Source of the DNA: the human T2T-CHM13v2.0 reference genome, Homo sapiens
Length of the DNA stretch: 64,000 bases
Assembly: GCF_009914755.1 (NCBI RefSeq)
Contig: NC_060936.1
Direction: 5' to 3' (one strand)
Shown: positions 38,637-59,290 of the stretch, piece after piece
Position numbering within the stretch: the first letter of the stretch is position 1
How the letters are laid out: each line of letters begins with the position of its first letter
The notes under the pieces: generated by a model
Databases searched by the model: none
What the model saw: only the letters and a program-made list of their open reading frames with translations
What the model was told of the DNA's origin: nothing
Made by a program: the position numbers and the translations under genes

Positions 38637-39643
38637 TAGCCAGGCTGGTCTCAACTCCTGACTTCAAGTGATCGACCAGCCTCGGCCTCCCAAAGTGCTG
38701 GGATTACAGGCATGAGCCACCGTGCCCGGTCCTCTCCTTTTAATTTCTATGGGCTCTGTGGTGATGTCCCCTCTTTCACTTCTGACATTAGTAATTTCTG
38801 TCTTGATTTTTTTCTTGGTTAGTCTCACTAGAGGCTTACCAATTTTATTAATCTTTTCAAAGAACCAGTTGTTGGTTTTGTTGATTTTCTCTACTCATTT
38901 CCTGTTCTCAATTTTATTGCTTTCTGTTCTAATCGTTATATTTCTTCTCTTCTGCTTGCTTTGGATTTAGTTTACTCTTTTTTTTCTAGTTTCTAAGGTA
39001 GTTGATTGTATAATAAATCTTTCTTCTTTCCTACTATAATGCATGCAATGCTATAAATTTCCCTCTAAGCACTACTTTCGCTGTATCCCACAAATTTTGA
39101 TAAGTTGTGTTTTCATTTTCATTAGTTCAAAATATTTTAAAATTTCTCTTGCGATTTCTTCTTTGACCCACGGGTTGTTTGAATCACATTGTTTAATTTC
39201 TAAGTATTTTGAGATTTTTCAGCTATCTTTCTGTTATTGATTTCTACTTTAATTCATTGTAGTTTGAGAGCAGGCATTGCATAATTTCTACTCTTTTAAA
39301 TTTGTTAAGGTGTGCTTTATGGTCCACAGTGTGGTCTATCTTGGTGAATGTTCCATGTGACTGTAAGAAGAATGCATTGCTGAGTGAAGCAGTCTACAGA
39401 TGTTCATTATATCCAGTTATTTATGGTGTTGCTGATTTCAACTACATCCTTAATGATTTTCTGCCTGCTGGATCTGTCCATTTCTGGAAGAAGGATGTTG
39501 AAGTCTCCATCTCTAATAGTGGATTCATCATTTCTCCTTGCAATTGTAACAATTTTTGCCTCATGTATTTTTGATGCTCTGTTATTAGGTGCAACACAGC
39601 AAGGATTATGTCTTCTTGCAGAATTGACCCCCTTATCATTATG

Positions 39644-40028
<385 letters not shown>

Positions 40029-40945
40029 TGATCCACCCGCCTCAGCCTCCCAAAGTGTTGGGATTACAGATGTGAGCCACTGCACCCAGCCCCACTATGT
40101 TTTAATTAATGCTAACTATATCTTTCTCCATCCACTCACTTTTGGTCTGTATGTGCCTTTATATTTAAAATGGGTTTATTGTAGACAACATATAGTTGGG
40201 GCTTTTTAAAAATTCATTCTGACAGTCTCTGTCTTTTAATTGATGCATTCAGACCCCACTGACATTCGAGGTGATTATTGACATAGTTGGATTCATACCT
40301 ATCATATTTGTTACTGTTTTCTCATTGTTGCTCTTGTTTGTTCCTACTTTTATCTTCCGCTCTTTTTCTGGCTTTTGTAATTTTAAGTGAGCATTTGTAT
40401 TATTCCATTTTCTCTCCTTGCTCTTAGCATATCAGCTATACTTGTTTTTTTTCCATTTCTTTTATTTTAGTGATTGCTCTGGAGTTTACAATATACAGTT
40501 AAAACTAATCCAAGTCTGCTTTCAAATAACACCATACTACTTCACATGTAGTGCAAGTACCTTATAATAACAAAATAATCCTAATTACTTCCCCCATCCT
40601 TTGTATTACTACCATCATTCATTTTACTTATGTGTAACATATATATATATGACCAAATACACGATGCTATTATTATTTTGAACAAACTATTGCCTGTTAG
40701 ATCAATTAAGATCAAGAAAGGCCGGGTGCAGTGGCTCACTCCTGTAATCCCAGCACTTTGGGAGGTCGAGGCGAGTGAATCATTTGAGGTCAGGAGTTAA
40801 AGACCAGCCTGGCCAACATGGTGAAACCCTGTCTCTACTAAAAATTAAAAAAAAAAAAAAAATTGGCCAGGCATGGTGGTTCACACCTGTAATCATAGCA
40901 CTTTGGGAGGCCAAGGCAGGCAGACTGCCTGAGCTCAGGCATTCA

Positions 40946-41221
<276 letters not shown>

Positions 41222-42090
41222 TCACAGCACTAAAGTCTTATAGGGAAATCAGTTCTTTCCTTCATCCTTCTAAGAGATTCACTCATAGGTTCACTAAGCA
41301 CCTGCTGGCATCAGGTGCCATGCTAGGGACAGGAATGTCTGCGACATGATTCCTACCTTCAAGAAGCTTGTAGACTATTGAAACAAACAAACATTGATAC
41401 AATGTGTAACAGCATATGAAGCACAAGTTCTATCACTTTTAATCCTCATTACAACTCGCCATTTCCTCCACTTTTCAGATGTGGAAACTCTTTGACCACA
41501 ACCTTCAATTCTTGCTCAACCATTCCCACTATGCCTCAGCCCCTCGCTCAGGACTGCCAGTCCTCTGCCTCCTCTGCTTGGTTTGCAGGCATCAGCTCCT
41601 TCCATTTTCACTTCCCTTTCTGTCCATCTTACATCCTATAGTCCACTGTTTTTGTCACTTTTGTTGATACTATAAAGTCCCTTGCTTTTCTGAACTTTAA
41701 TCACACCTTTATGGAAACATCCCGCTTCTGGATGAACTGAACTATTTCCTTCTTCACATTTGCAGTGAATCTCTGAGTACCACGGACAGTCTCACATGTT
41801 GTGACTTCAAGTTTACGGTCCCACCAGGGCCTTAACACTGCCTGGCGATCCTGCTACATCCCAGTGACCAACCTGCTCCTTCCCTCCATGCAATGAGTGC
41901 TCACACCTCCTCTATGCAAATTTCCAGATGCTACCTCATCATGCTCTTGCTGTCAACAGATGACATGGAACCCATCTTCACCAAAAAACTCAACATCCTC
42001 CTTTACAATGACAGAGGTCCAGTTGTTGACAATACCAAATATGAGCAAAGATATGGAGCAACTGGAACTCTCATAAATTGCTGGTGCAAG

Positions 42091-42871
42091 TGTGTGGGGG
42101 AAACTCCCTCTAACTGTGTTTTTCCTCTACTCTCACACTGCAACATTCAACATAGAAGAAGACTTCTATAGCCAAATGTGTTGCAGGGGGTTCCCTACAC
42201 ACCAAGTGGCAGACACCAGTTGGCTGTCCTCTAATTCAGTTCCCACACTGTCTTCCCGACGCTGTCTCCCACAGGTTGAGGGCTTAGTCCGCAAGACTGC
42301 CCCCTGTCACACCAGTCACAAGCCCAAGCCTCTGGAACTTCTGATCGACTGGCTTCAAGTTGGGGTTCCCATGACCCCCTCTTTGGGTTCGACTAATTTG
42401 CTGAAGCAGCTCACAGAACTCAGGGAACTTACTTATGTTTATAGGTTTATTATAAAGGATATTGCAGAGGATACAGGTGAAGAGATGCACAGGGTGAAGT
42501 ATGGGAAAACGGGCATGGAGCTTCCATGCCCTCCCCAGGGGCATCACCCTCCAGGAGCCTCCACATGCTCAGCTACCCAGAAGCTCTGCACCCAGTCATC
42601 TTGGGTTTTTATGGACGCTTCAAGACATCAGCATTCCTTCTCCCAGGGTATAGGGTGGGACCCTCTCACTGGAAGGTATTTAGACCCACAATCAGAAAGG
42701 AGGGGGAACATTAGAGTCCTGCCTTGGAACAGGTAAAAAGAGGGCAGGAGGTCAGAGGCCTGCCCCTGAGGCCCAACGCACCCAACATTATAACAAAAGA
42801 CTGTAACAGGGGCTTTTGGGGTTATGAGCCAGGAACCATGGATGATATCCAATATACATCATAACACCGCA
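42091..42871 (-). mobile_element. MER21-like solo LTR inserted into an L1 3' fragment
   Basis: TG...CA ends and a 5-bp TSD GCAAG (42086-42090 and 42872-42876). The MER21 motif TTGGGGTTCCCATGACCCCCTCTTTGGGTTCGACTAATTTGCT is present. Confidence 0.8.
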
Positions 42872-43211
42872 GCAAGTTTAAAATGTTACAGCTACTTTGG
42901 AAAACTCTTTAGGATTGCTTATAAAGCTAAATATACACTTACTCTATGACCAAGCTATTCTACTCCTAGGTATTTATCCAAGAGACAGAAAAACAAATAT
43001 CCAAAATACTTGTATAAGAATGTTCACAGCAGATTTTATTTATAATAGTCAAAAACTGGAAACAACCCAAATGTCCATCAACAGGTGACTGGATAAATTA
43101 ATTGTGGTCTATTCATACAATAGTGACCTACTATATTCCGCTGTAGTAACACACAGGTACACACAATGACATGGCTGAATCTCAAAACATTATGTTGGGC
43201 AAAAGAAGTTA

Positions 43212-43519
<308 letters not shown>

Positions 43520-44774
43520 TCAAAAAAAAAAAAAAGAAAAATAATTCACAGACCATCCTTGTAACTAAATCTTTGCACACATTTTATTTCCTTAGGATAG
43601 ACTCCTAGAAGTGGAAATGCTAAGTCAAAGAGTGTGAGCACTTTTAAAGCCTTTGAAACCTATGAGAACATTGGCTTTGAGGCTAGACAGACCTGACCTT
43701 GAATTCCTGGCTTATGGCGTGTGGCCTTGAGCCCACCACTTCCGGGTACTGTGCGTGTGCCCAGTACTCCTCCTTGTCCCTCTATTTGGCTACTTATCAC
43801 ATTCTACTTTATTATCACTATTAATCCATGGGTCTTGCATATTATAAACCCCCAGTTATAAACCCCTGAGGGCAAGGCCTATGCATATTCATCCCCGCAT
43901 CCTGCCCAGCACCCAGCACAGAGCTCAGCGTCCAGGCCAGGGGCAGTTGGTGCTACAGGAAGAGTAACGGCCAGGAAGGAAGGCATCCAGGTTCCATTCC
44001 CAACCTGCCCACTACACACGGTCATAGAAAAGCCTCTCATGACCTGGCCCCATTACCTGGGCAAACTCATCACCTCTCACTCTGTTCTTCAGCAGTTCTG
44101 AACTTGTGCTTCTCAAGAACTAGTAGATCCCAGAACACACCTTACTTTTTTACATTTGCATGCCCTCACCCACTTCTCAAGACTGGTAGCCCATATTGTG
44201 CCTTTGTGGAAATTAGGAAAAGGTGCCACTTCCCCCTCGTGAGGCTAGATTCCAGACCCCACTCATCCCTTGACTGGCACCATACTGCCCTGACCAACCT
44301 GCATACTATTTCAACATAGCCTGGAGCAAACACGCTGGTCCACCCAGCAAACCCCTCCTCATCCATCAAGCCACAGCTCAGCTGCTACCGCCTCCGTGAA
44401 GTCATCTTCAGATACCCTCACAGGTTTCGCTGGTTTCTCTGCTAAGCTTCCACTGCTTTTTAAACAGCCTCCATTAAAACAATTATCTTTTTCGAATCGT
44501 GGCTTTTGGCCAGGTGCGTGGCTCATGCTTGTGATCCCAGCACTTTGGGAGGTTGGGACGGGCAGATCACTTGAGCCCAGGAGTTCGAGACCAGCCTGGG
44601 CAACATGGCAGAACGCCATCTCTACCAAAAATACAAAAAATTAGCCAGGCGTGGTGGTGCACTTGGTCCCAGCTACTCAGAAGGCTGAAGTGGGAGGATC
44701 GCTTGAGCCCAAGAGGCAGAGGATGCAGTGAGCCAAGATCTTGCCACTGCTCTCCAGCCTTGGTGACAGAATGA

Positions 44775-45218
<444 letters not shown>

Positions 45219-45903
45219 TAGGAAGTGATTGATAAACTTGTTGAAAGAATGAGGGACAGTTTTCCTCTCTAGCTTTCATGTTGCTTGTCTGAGAATAAAG
45301 GAATCAGAACAAGATGCCTGAAGTTCCTGCCAACTCTAAAATACTCTTTTCCAGTATGCATTAAGTAAATATTAGTTAAGTAAATAAGCAATACCCACCA
45401 AAAGAAAATCCCTTTAAAGGTGTGTCTTGAAAGAACATGAATCAATTTGTTTGAGTTTTCTTCTAGAAGCAGTTTGGTATGAGTTTTTGGAAGCTCTTAA
45501 ATGTTTTGCCTTGCCTCTGGAAACTTTCAGAGACCATCTGAGATCAGCCAAAAATAGAGTTTAAGAAGAATTGCTTTAGGAAATCCTTCCAAAGAGTGTC
45601 TTGTCTTTCATCTCATTCAGATTCCTCAAATTAGGCAATTTGGAGACAATCTCTGTCTTGAAATTATGTAAATTACCCATCTCTGTTATTTGTCTTTCTC
45701 GGATATTTTCAAAAAAGAAACGTCTGTTTCTTGACACAAGGCAACTCTTTACGCATCTTTGAGGCTAACGCTAACGTTACTTCTCTGATGAGAAGAAATT
45801 TTACCCTGTGTCCTTTCTTCCTCTCCAGAGAGGCTGTCCTTAAGTGGACATTGTCAACCTCCTCAGAGAGTAGCAATTCTGTTTGAGGGCTTCAAGCCCC
45901 TGA

Positions 45904-47259
<1,356 letters not shown>

Positions 47260-47262
47260 TGA

Positions 47263-47670
<408 letters not shown>

Positions 47671-47924
47671 TGAGCCACCACGCCCAGCCTTTGGTATATT
47701 CTTTTAGGTTATGTTAAAGATAGATTCTTCAAGTCACAGATAGGAGTACTTGGGATCACCCCTCTGCCCCCACCAGTGGCCCTCCCTTAGGGGGTTCCTC
47801 AAATTCTTTGAACTTGCTGAAACCCAGCCTGCTGTGCTGACACAAGAGAAGCCCTGGGAGGATACCCGACACCTGGCACCTCTGCCCTTATGTCCCTTTT
47901 TTTTCTGTTAGAATCCCATTTTGT

Positions 47925-48380
47925 TTTCTTTTTATAGAGGTAGGGAGTACAGTGCAGTTTTGTTACATGGATATATTGAGTAGTGGTGGAGTCTGGGCTT
48001 TTAGTATAACCACGATCCGAATAGTGTACATTGTACCCATTGGGTAATTTCTCATCCCTCACCCACCTCCCACCCTCCCACCTTTCCAAATCTCCAATGT
48101 CTACTATTGCACTCTCTGTGTCCATGTGCACACATTATTTAGCTCCCACTTATAAATGAGAACATGCAGTATTTGACTCTGTCTCTGAATTATTTCACTT
48201 AAGGTAATGGCCTCTAAGGGTTCCATCCACATTGCTGCAAAAGATGTAATTTCATTCTTTTTAATGGCTGAGTAGTATTCCATGGTATAAATATGCCACA
48301 TTTTCTTTATACAATCATCCATTGGTGGGCCCCTAGGTTGATTCCATATCCCTGCTCTTGTAAACAGTGCTGCGATAAAC
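47925..48380 (-). mobile_element. L1 3' end (L1MA/PB-like)
   Basis: ORF2 C-terminus MWHIYTMEYYSAIKKNEITSFAAMWM, followed by L1 3' UTR with a G-rich tract. Confidence 0.88.
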
Positions 48381-49474
48381 GTATCTTCAAAATAACAGCC
48401 TTGAAGCCCTAATTGGGCTCCTGAGAGGGCCACGTGAGACAGTGTGAAGAGCGAAATCACTATTCTGCCACAAGAGGGCACCCAAAGCCCAGACAGATGG
48501 GACGACGCGCTTCCTGCCTCCATTGGAATCAAGCGCATGACTGGATAGCAGAGGCTCCTTGGGCAGGGAGCCACAGCTTGAAGGTCCCAGTTATGCAACT
48601 GGCCCCAAGGCCCTTCTACCCCTTCCCCAGGGGACTTCACCAGCTCCTTTTAGGACAGAGTTTGTGTATGGTTCTTGCTGGCTTCAGTCCCTCCCGTAGA
48701 GGTGACCCTGAGTAGCTGGGATTACAGGTGCCAGCATATGCACCTGTAATCCCTCCTCCCTGGGGAAAATCTCTGCCCTGGATGGGTAAGATCCTGACCC
48801 TGCGTGAACGTGGCATGCGCTTCTGTTCTCCACTCCCTGGAGTTCCTCCTGAGGCCGTGCAGGATCCTGTCCAGTGCTCACAGGCATGAGCATGACTTCA
48901 GGGTTGTGAGCAGAGCCCTGCAGAGGTATGCATATGGCTATGGAGTGGTGACCTACTCGGACAGAAAGAATAAGGAAAGGATCCAGTAGCCAGGCCAAAA
49001 GGAAGAGGCACCAAGAAGGGCTGCAGCTTGAGGGTGGAGATTCCAGACTTCCAGATACTCTAGTGGGGGTACGATTTGGACCCAGGAGGCAGGTTGCAAA
49101 TCTAAACCCATCAGAAGCATATGGACTCTTCTTTTGATTAGTTGTCAATGCGAAAAAATTTTTTTAATTTTTAAAAAGGGTATAGACTTAGACAAACTCA
49201 GAACTATTAAATTTATAATGTAGTTTGAAACATTTAAGGGAACATTGTACTAAACTGAGAACTATATAGATGTACGCAGGCCCAAGTCTGGCTTCCTAGC
49301 CTCAAATCTGGCAAATAAATAAGGTTAGCCTTCCTGAGACGGTAATCACAGATCACGGTCATACACTGCCCACTTGAGTAAAACCGTTCCCCTTGGGGAC
49401 GAGTGTTCTTTTAACCCCAAGAAGGTTTGGAATCAATCTTTATGATGGCTTTTACCCTCTCAACTTAGCTAAGA

Positions 49475-50010
49475 CGAAACCATATTTCTTGGAAATTAAT
49501 CCCTGTATGGTTCTGGGTGAGGGTTGGCCACAAGAGAAATGTAAGATTTGAGAGGTAGGAAAACAGAATAGGAGCGGCCGTCGTGCTCTGAGGCCAGCAT
49601 GGGGTGACAGTCATCTGCTGGCTCACCTTGTCTGCACGGATGGCAGCCAGACTGGCAGCTCTTCCAGCTCCCGTCAGATCGCCTCCTTCAGCTTCTCTAA
49701 TTCTTGGCCACACATAAGTGCAACTCCGTGGCAAGGAGTGCTAGGTCCTTCTGCAGACACCCATACCATCGGGGTGGGTGGTGGTGAGGCACAGACGCAG
49801 GCTCCGGATGGCCTTTGCCCTGCCCCCACTTCACATCCAGTGCTTCTCCCAACTGACCCATAGTGACCTCAGGTCCACCACAGATACGGAGGCCTCCAAA
49901 GACTCCTTCCCCAGCTGCCATGATTGATTAAGGTCTAATCTCTAAAATAAGTTCCTTATTCCATAACACTCATAGTGGTTTTGACTCTCTGGTCAAACCT
50001 TAACTGATAA
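49475..50010. mobile_element. Probable old MLT1 (MaLR) LTR
   Basis: GGGTGAGGGTTGGCCACAAGAGAAAT and a terminal AATAAGTTCCTTATTCCATAACACTC resemble MLT1G/H by eye. Confidence 0.4.
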
Positions 50011-52129
50011 AAATCAAAAGTGATGAAGCAAATCAAACTCATGCTAAGTTTCAAACAGGTTTTAACCACTGCATGCATTTGGTACTTAAAGTTTTTGTAA
50101 TGCTTAAAAGAATCTGACATATATTAATACTTAAATAGGAAATGCATGAAACTACAGAAAAAAAAATTAAAAAAATTTTAAACAATTTGACATAGAAGTA
50201 TTATAGATTAGCCTCATTATTATATTAATATTTAAAATGTATAATTGCCGGGCATGGTGGCTCATGCCTGTAATCCTAGCACTTTGGAAGACTGAGGCGG
50301 GCAGATCGCTTTGAGCCCAGGAGTTCAAGACCAGCCTGGACAACCTGGTGAAACCCTGTCCCTAGTAAAAATGCAAAAACTAGCTGGGCTTCATGGCGTG
50401 CGCCTGTAGTTCCAGCTACTCGGGAGGCTGAGGTGGGAGGACTGCTTGAGGCGAGGAGTTCGAGGCTACAGTGAGCCGTGATCACACCACTACACTCTAG
50501 CCTGGGCAACAGAGCCAGACCCTGTCTCACAAAACAAAACAAACAAACAAACCACACAAACTTGCAACATCCTGCTTCTTGCAGCTCTCCCCATCCGGCC
50601 CACCCCATTCCTTTGGCGTGAAAATATGATGGGGTCTCCTCAGCCCTAGAAGCACCCACACCGTTCAACCTAAAGCTCCCACTGACTAGCTGAGCTCTCA
50701 TAAAGGTGAGATTTGTCGCATACGCCTCCCATACACCTCTTCCTAGTAGATTTCTTCACTCTTTCCCTTCCATTCTGAGCACGGCCCCACTTAAGGAACT
50801 CTCAGCTCTCATGTTGCCCTATCCCAGTCAAGAAGGAAGTTGCTGGTGATCAAGTCATACTCCAGTGAACACTGACTGGCACCTCTTCTGCATCAAGTCC
50901 TAGCAGGGCATTCACCCGAGTTACCAAACATGGCTGCTCACACCCGCCCTCCGAGGCCAGCATCTGCATCCCCATGTGACAGTGGAAACAAACCCACGGA
51001 GCCTGAGCAACTGGGCAGCCAGCAAGTGACTGAGCAGAGAGACGGCCTTGGACGCAGGCCAAGCAGCACAGATTTACTCGAATCATCCTCCGCTCCTTCA
51101 GATTTTCACCAGCTGATTGATCCTTGGACTTCCCGCCCAGGCTTCTCTGACATCACCAGCCACCAGGACCCTGCCTATGCCTGTGGCCTGCAACATTCCT
51201 CTATGCACATCAAAGTAGGGAGCATCAGGCCGGGTGCGGTGGCTCACACCTGTAATCCTAGCACAATGAAAGACCGAGGTGGGCAGATAACTTGAGACCA
51301 GGAGTTCAAGACCAGCCTGGCCAACACGGCGAAACCCCATCTCTACTAAAAATACAAAACAATTAAGCAGGGATGATGGTGTGTGCCTGGGGTCCCAGCT
51401 ACTTGGGAGGCTGAGGCATGAGAATTGTTTGAACCCGAACCCAAGGCTGAGGCAGAAGTTGCAGTGAGCCAAGATCGTGCCACTGCACTCCAGCCTGGGT
51501 GAGAGAACTCCAGCCTGGGTGACAGAGGGAGGCTCCATCTCCCAAAAAACAAAACAAAACAAACAAACAAACAAAACAAGTAGACAGCATCAATTCTGGC
51601 CAACTTATGGGTAAAAGAGAAGGCTGCCACAGCCCTTGCCCTTTGGGAGTGCCTGTCCCTTCAGTAGCTGCCCCAAAAATCCTGCAGAAGAGAAGGGTCA
51701 GAGGAAGCACCTGTAATAAAGGGTGAGGCCCCACCAACCCACTCTCTTCCTCTCCTCTCCTAGCCGAGGGAGCCATCAGAGGCAAAGGGAGTGTGGGAAA
51801 GATTAGTCAGACATGTTTCCCTTTGTGTCACAGAGTCAAACTCTCCATCCGTGACTTCAGAAAAGTCACAAGAGAGCCCCAGCAACGGCCCACAGGGTGT
51901 CATAGCAACACGCCTACACCTCAAGGTGCCACCTTCCAACTCTGGAGAAAACAACTGCCTTCTTCAAATGTCAACTGCTACATGGGCAAAGAGCAACTTG
52001 AAAATGAAATTCGGGGCTGGGCGCAGTGGCTCACACCTGTAATCATTTTGAGAGTCCAAGGCGGGTGGATCACTTGAGCCCAGGAGTTCCAGACCAGCCT
52101 GGGCAACATGGCAAAACCACATGTCTTCA

Positions 52130-52348
<219 letters not shown>

Positions 52349-52530
52349 TTAGGGGCCGGGCACAGTGGCTCATGCTTGTAATCCTAGCACTTTGGGAGGC
52401 CGAGGCAGGCGGGATCACCTGAGGTCAGGAGTTTGAGACCAGCCTAACCATGATGGTAAAACCCAGTCTCTACTAAAAACACAAAATTAGCTGGGCATGT
52501 GTGGCGCATGCCTGTAATCCCAGCTATTCA

Positions 52531-52635
<105 letters not shown>

Positions 52636-52651
52636 TCAAAAAAAAAAAAAA

Positions 52652-54500
<1,849 letters not shown>

Positions 54501-56362
54501 AGGCACCAGGGATCCCTTCAGTTTGGGCTGGAGGTCAGTGCAGTTTGGGGGGTCATCAAATGCTGAAGCAGAAGGAGTTTAGGGGTCACGCAAGTCCCAG
54601 CTGCCGTGTGACAAGTGAGGTAAAGGACACACCCTCTGTGGAGGTCTGAAGTCCCCTGACATTAGTAAGGGAGGGACAGCAGAGATCTCCCCTGTCACCA
54701 CGAGGCTTTTTTCAGCCCCCAGGGCAGATGGCAAGTGTATACCATGTTTGGCACCCCTGTGATTGGCAGAGGCAATGCAGGTTGGGTCTGGAGGACAAGA
54801 TTGCTGTGGGGGAGAGCCAAGGGTGGACTTCAGAACACTGGTGGTGACATAAGGGTAAAAAGGCCTTGGTCACAAAAGAGGAAACACAAACAGCGCGATC
54901 ATGGAAAGACGCTCAGCCTCCCCGGGAATGGGAAGAGTGCACACTGAAACAATGAGACAGCACTTTCCTCCAATGAGATGCTCAAAAACAGTTTGCTAAT
55001 ACGAAAGCCTGGCAGGACGTGAGGAAATATGTGCTATCATTCCACTGCTGGTGGGAGTGTGAATTGGTAGGGCCACTCTGGAGGGCAACTCGCCAGCATC
55101 TGTTAAAGTGAAAAATGTGCACACCCTGTGACTCAGCGATTCCGATGCCCCGCACTTATTCTAGAGAGACACTCCCACATGCACAGCGAAGTATGAGATG
55201 TTTATGCAACACCACTTACGATAGTGCATTGTTGGGAACAACCTAAGTATTCGGGAACCAGGAGAATGGCTAAAAAGCCTCTGCACATCCATTCTCTATT
55301 TAACGAAACGAGTAGTTCTAGAAGTATAAAATGAAATGATCTCCAAGACATATAACTGGATTAAAAGCACGAAAAGCAAATCGTAGGATACATACTGTAT
55401 ATCATTTATGGAAAGAACAAAACAAACACAAAAATACAACTGTGCTGGGGCCGATGGACAATTGTGCCTGGCAGGCTGAGTCATGAGGCCAGTTAACAAG
55501 CCTTTCTCTATCTGCAAAAAGAAGTACTTTAGAAAAGCAATATAAGAAGAACATGGACCAGGGGCAGTGGTTCATGCCTGTAATCTCAGCACTTTGAGAG
55601 GCTGGGGTGGAAGGATTTCTTGAGGCCAGGAATTTGAGACCAGCCTGAGAAACATAAAGAGACCCAGTCTCTACATAAAATTAAAAATCAGTCAGGCGTG
55701 GTAGTGTGCACCTCTGGTCCTAGATACTCTGGAGGCTGAGGTAGAAAGATCTCTTGAGCCCAGGAATTCGAGGCTACAGTGAGCCATGATTGTGCCACTG
55801 CACTCCAGCCTGGGTGAGTAAGCAAGGCTGTCTCTAAAACACAAAAAGAAGAAGAACATGGAACTGCCAGACTTGGGCTATTTCATTTCCCAGAGATAAT
55901 TTTTTACCGAGTGGAGAGAAAATGGGTGGTTTGTTCCTTAGGCTCTATTTCTTGCTCTGTGCTAGAATTATCGCAGCTTTGTGTAAGATTTCCTTCAGCA
56001 AATATAGGTAGCCTGCGATGCCCCAAATAAGAAAGGAAAAGACAAAGTCAGATGTTACTGCTGTCGGTCATCTCAGGTATGAAAAAGAGAGGCAGGCCCC
56101 TTGCCAGGGAGAAGGAACAACCAGATGCTGTCCATGAGGCACTCTCCTACCTCTCCTAAGACAGGGGTCGCCCTTGCTCTGAAAAATTCAAGCAGAGAAT
56201 CCTCAGGAGGAGTGGGGCCAAGAAATCAGAGTAAGAAATATTTGATTATTGCTTAATAACATTTTAAGTAGAAAATAAAATAATTTTTTAAAACAGGCTG
56301 GCCGGGCGTGGTGGCTCACGCCTGTAATCCCAGCACTTTGGGAGGCTGAGGCAGGTGGATCA

Positions 56363-56650
<288 letters not shown>

Positions 56651-56733
56651 TCAGGAGGCCGAGATGGGCGGATCACCTGAGGTCAGGAGTTCAAGACCAG
56701 CCTGACCAACATGGTGAAACCCTATGTCTACTA

Positions 56734-57271
<538 letters not shown>

Positions 57272-57976
57272 CTAGGAAAGTTCTGGAAGAATACTCAATA
57301 ATCTGAAAACAGTGCCTACACTAAGGAGGTAGGGAGAGGACCAGGGATTGGGGGAGGAGATTGATCAAAGGGAACCTGAGTCTTCTCTATAATTTTCCAT
57401 TTTTTTTCATTTTCACCTCCAATTTTTAAAATATAATTTGTACTTTTTATTGTGAACTAAGATATGTAAAATAGTACATAAAAATAACACATTGAAAACC
57501 CACGTTCAGATCAGAAGATTAGTAGAACCTTCGAAGCGCCCTGATCACACCTTCCCTCCTCACCGGGGGAAGCAGCTCTGGCTTGTGTCTATCACTTCCT
57601 CACTTTCCTTTCTAGTTCTACCATCTGTGTGCACCCTGAACAGCAAACTGCTTCATTTTGCCTGTTTTTGAACTTTATAAATGGAATCGTATGTACTTTT
57701 CTATGCCTTGCTTCTGTGTGTTTGTGCACTATCACTTAACATGTTTTTCTATCTATTTATTTATTTATATTGTGGTAAAATATACATAAAATTTACCATT
57801 TAAACTATTTTTAAATGTATAATTCAGGGGGCATGAAGTACATTCACGATGTACAATATTATATTTTTGACATTCATGCAAATTAATCTACATGGCTACA
57901 TGCAGGTGGTTCATATTCATTCCTCTAAAGCATTCCATTGGGTGAATATACAACAATTTATTATCCAACTACCGTT

Positions 57977-58134
57977 CTCTCCTTCCTTCCTCCCTCCTTC
58001 CCTCCCTTCTTTTCCTCCTTTCTTTCTTTCTCTTTCTTTCTTTCTTCCTTTCTTTCTTTCTCTTTCTTTTTCCTTCCTTCCTTCCTTCCTTCCTCCCTTC
58101 CTCCCTTCTCTTCTTTCTTTTCTTCCTTTCTTTT
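57977..58134. repeat. CT-rich (CCTT/CTTT)n tract, tail of an antisense Alu
   Basis: Pure pyrimidine run of ~160 nt joined to an Alu body. Confidence 0.9.
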
Positions 58135-59087
58135 GCAGTGGCGCGATCTCGGCTCATTGCAACCTCCGCCTCTCAGGTTCAAGCTATTCTTATGCCTCAG
58201 CCTCCAGAGTAGCTGGGACTACAGGCATGTGCCACCACGCCCGGCTAATTTTTGTATTTTTAGTAGAGATGGGGGTTTGCCGTGTAGCCCAAGCTGGTCT
58301 CAAACTCCTGGGCTCAAGCCATCTGCCCGCCTCCATCTCTCAAAGTGCTGGGATTACAGGTGTGAGACACCACAGCAGCTTGCTTGCTTGCTTGCTTTTT
58401 CTTTTGGAATTACAAACAGTAGTGCTTGAATATTTTTGCATATGTCTCCTGGGGCACAGGTACAAGCACTCTTAGTGCATTTACCTACTGATGAAAATGA
58501 TGGATTTTGCTGGTTTAATTTTTTATAAGGAGGTGATATGAATATTGCTTTTATAATTAAATTTCAATTTTAAAAAAGAAGAGAAAGCAGTTGGGATGGG
58601 CTCATAGAGTGAAAGGGCAGGGAACGGTCTATGAGACCAGAAGAAGACAGGCAGGAAGGGCGGCTGAGCCATGCCTGCAGGCTGAGCATGGAAGGTACTG
58701 TGAGTACACAGTCAGATCGGCACAGGAAATGAGCACCTTTGAGGCGTCCACTCTGTAGGGGCTCGTCAACAGTAGACTGGGGTTCAGGAGACCTGGGTTC
58801 TCTCCCAGCTCTGCCACACAGGGAAAGTCATTTCACCTCTGCACCCCACGGTTCTGATAGCTGTAGAGTGAGAGGGTAAAGCCGAAGGTTGGAATCATTT
58901 TCCAGCCCTGCTGGCTTGAAATCCTAAGCTGGCTGGAGCAGTAAGATGGGGGCTCCCCATAGGCCCACAGGACCTTCTACCTAGAAGCCAGGAGGAGGGG
59001 ACAGGAGCCCAGATAGGAAAGAACTCTGTCTCTCCAAGACCCAAAAAATGACTAAAAGTAATGACTGGGCCTCACCCCAGTAAGTCA

Positions 59088-59290
59088 GTAGTGGTGGTGC
59101 GGTGGTTAACAGCCAGCTCTCGGAGTGGGAAGCCCTTGATCTATGGCGTTTGCTGATGTATGTGGTTGTAAGTATTCCTACTATGGCCAGCTGGCCAATT
59201 TCAAGCTACCAACGAGTAACCTCACAAAATTCCTGAAAATGTAAGGATCGGGCTTTGGCTAGGCAGTACTAGCAGGCTCCAGCACGGCCC
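59088..59290. mobile_element. MER63-like hAT MITE
   Basis: TTAACAGCCAGCTCTC...ATTTCAAGCTACCAACG...GGCTCCAGCAC resembles MER63 by eye. Confidence 0.55.

Noticed and set aside
42092-42736. 214-aa ORF
   Set aside because: It lies wholly inside a solo LTR, starts at a non-ATG codon and has no gag/pol/env motifs.
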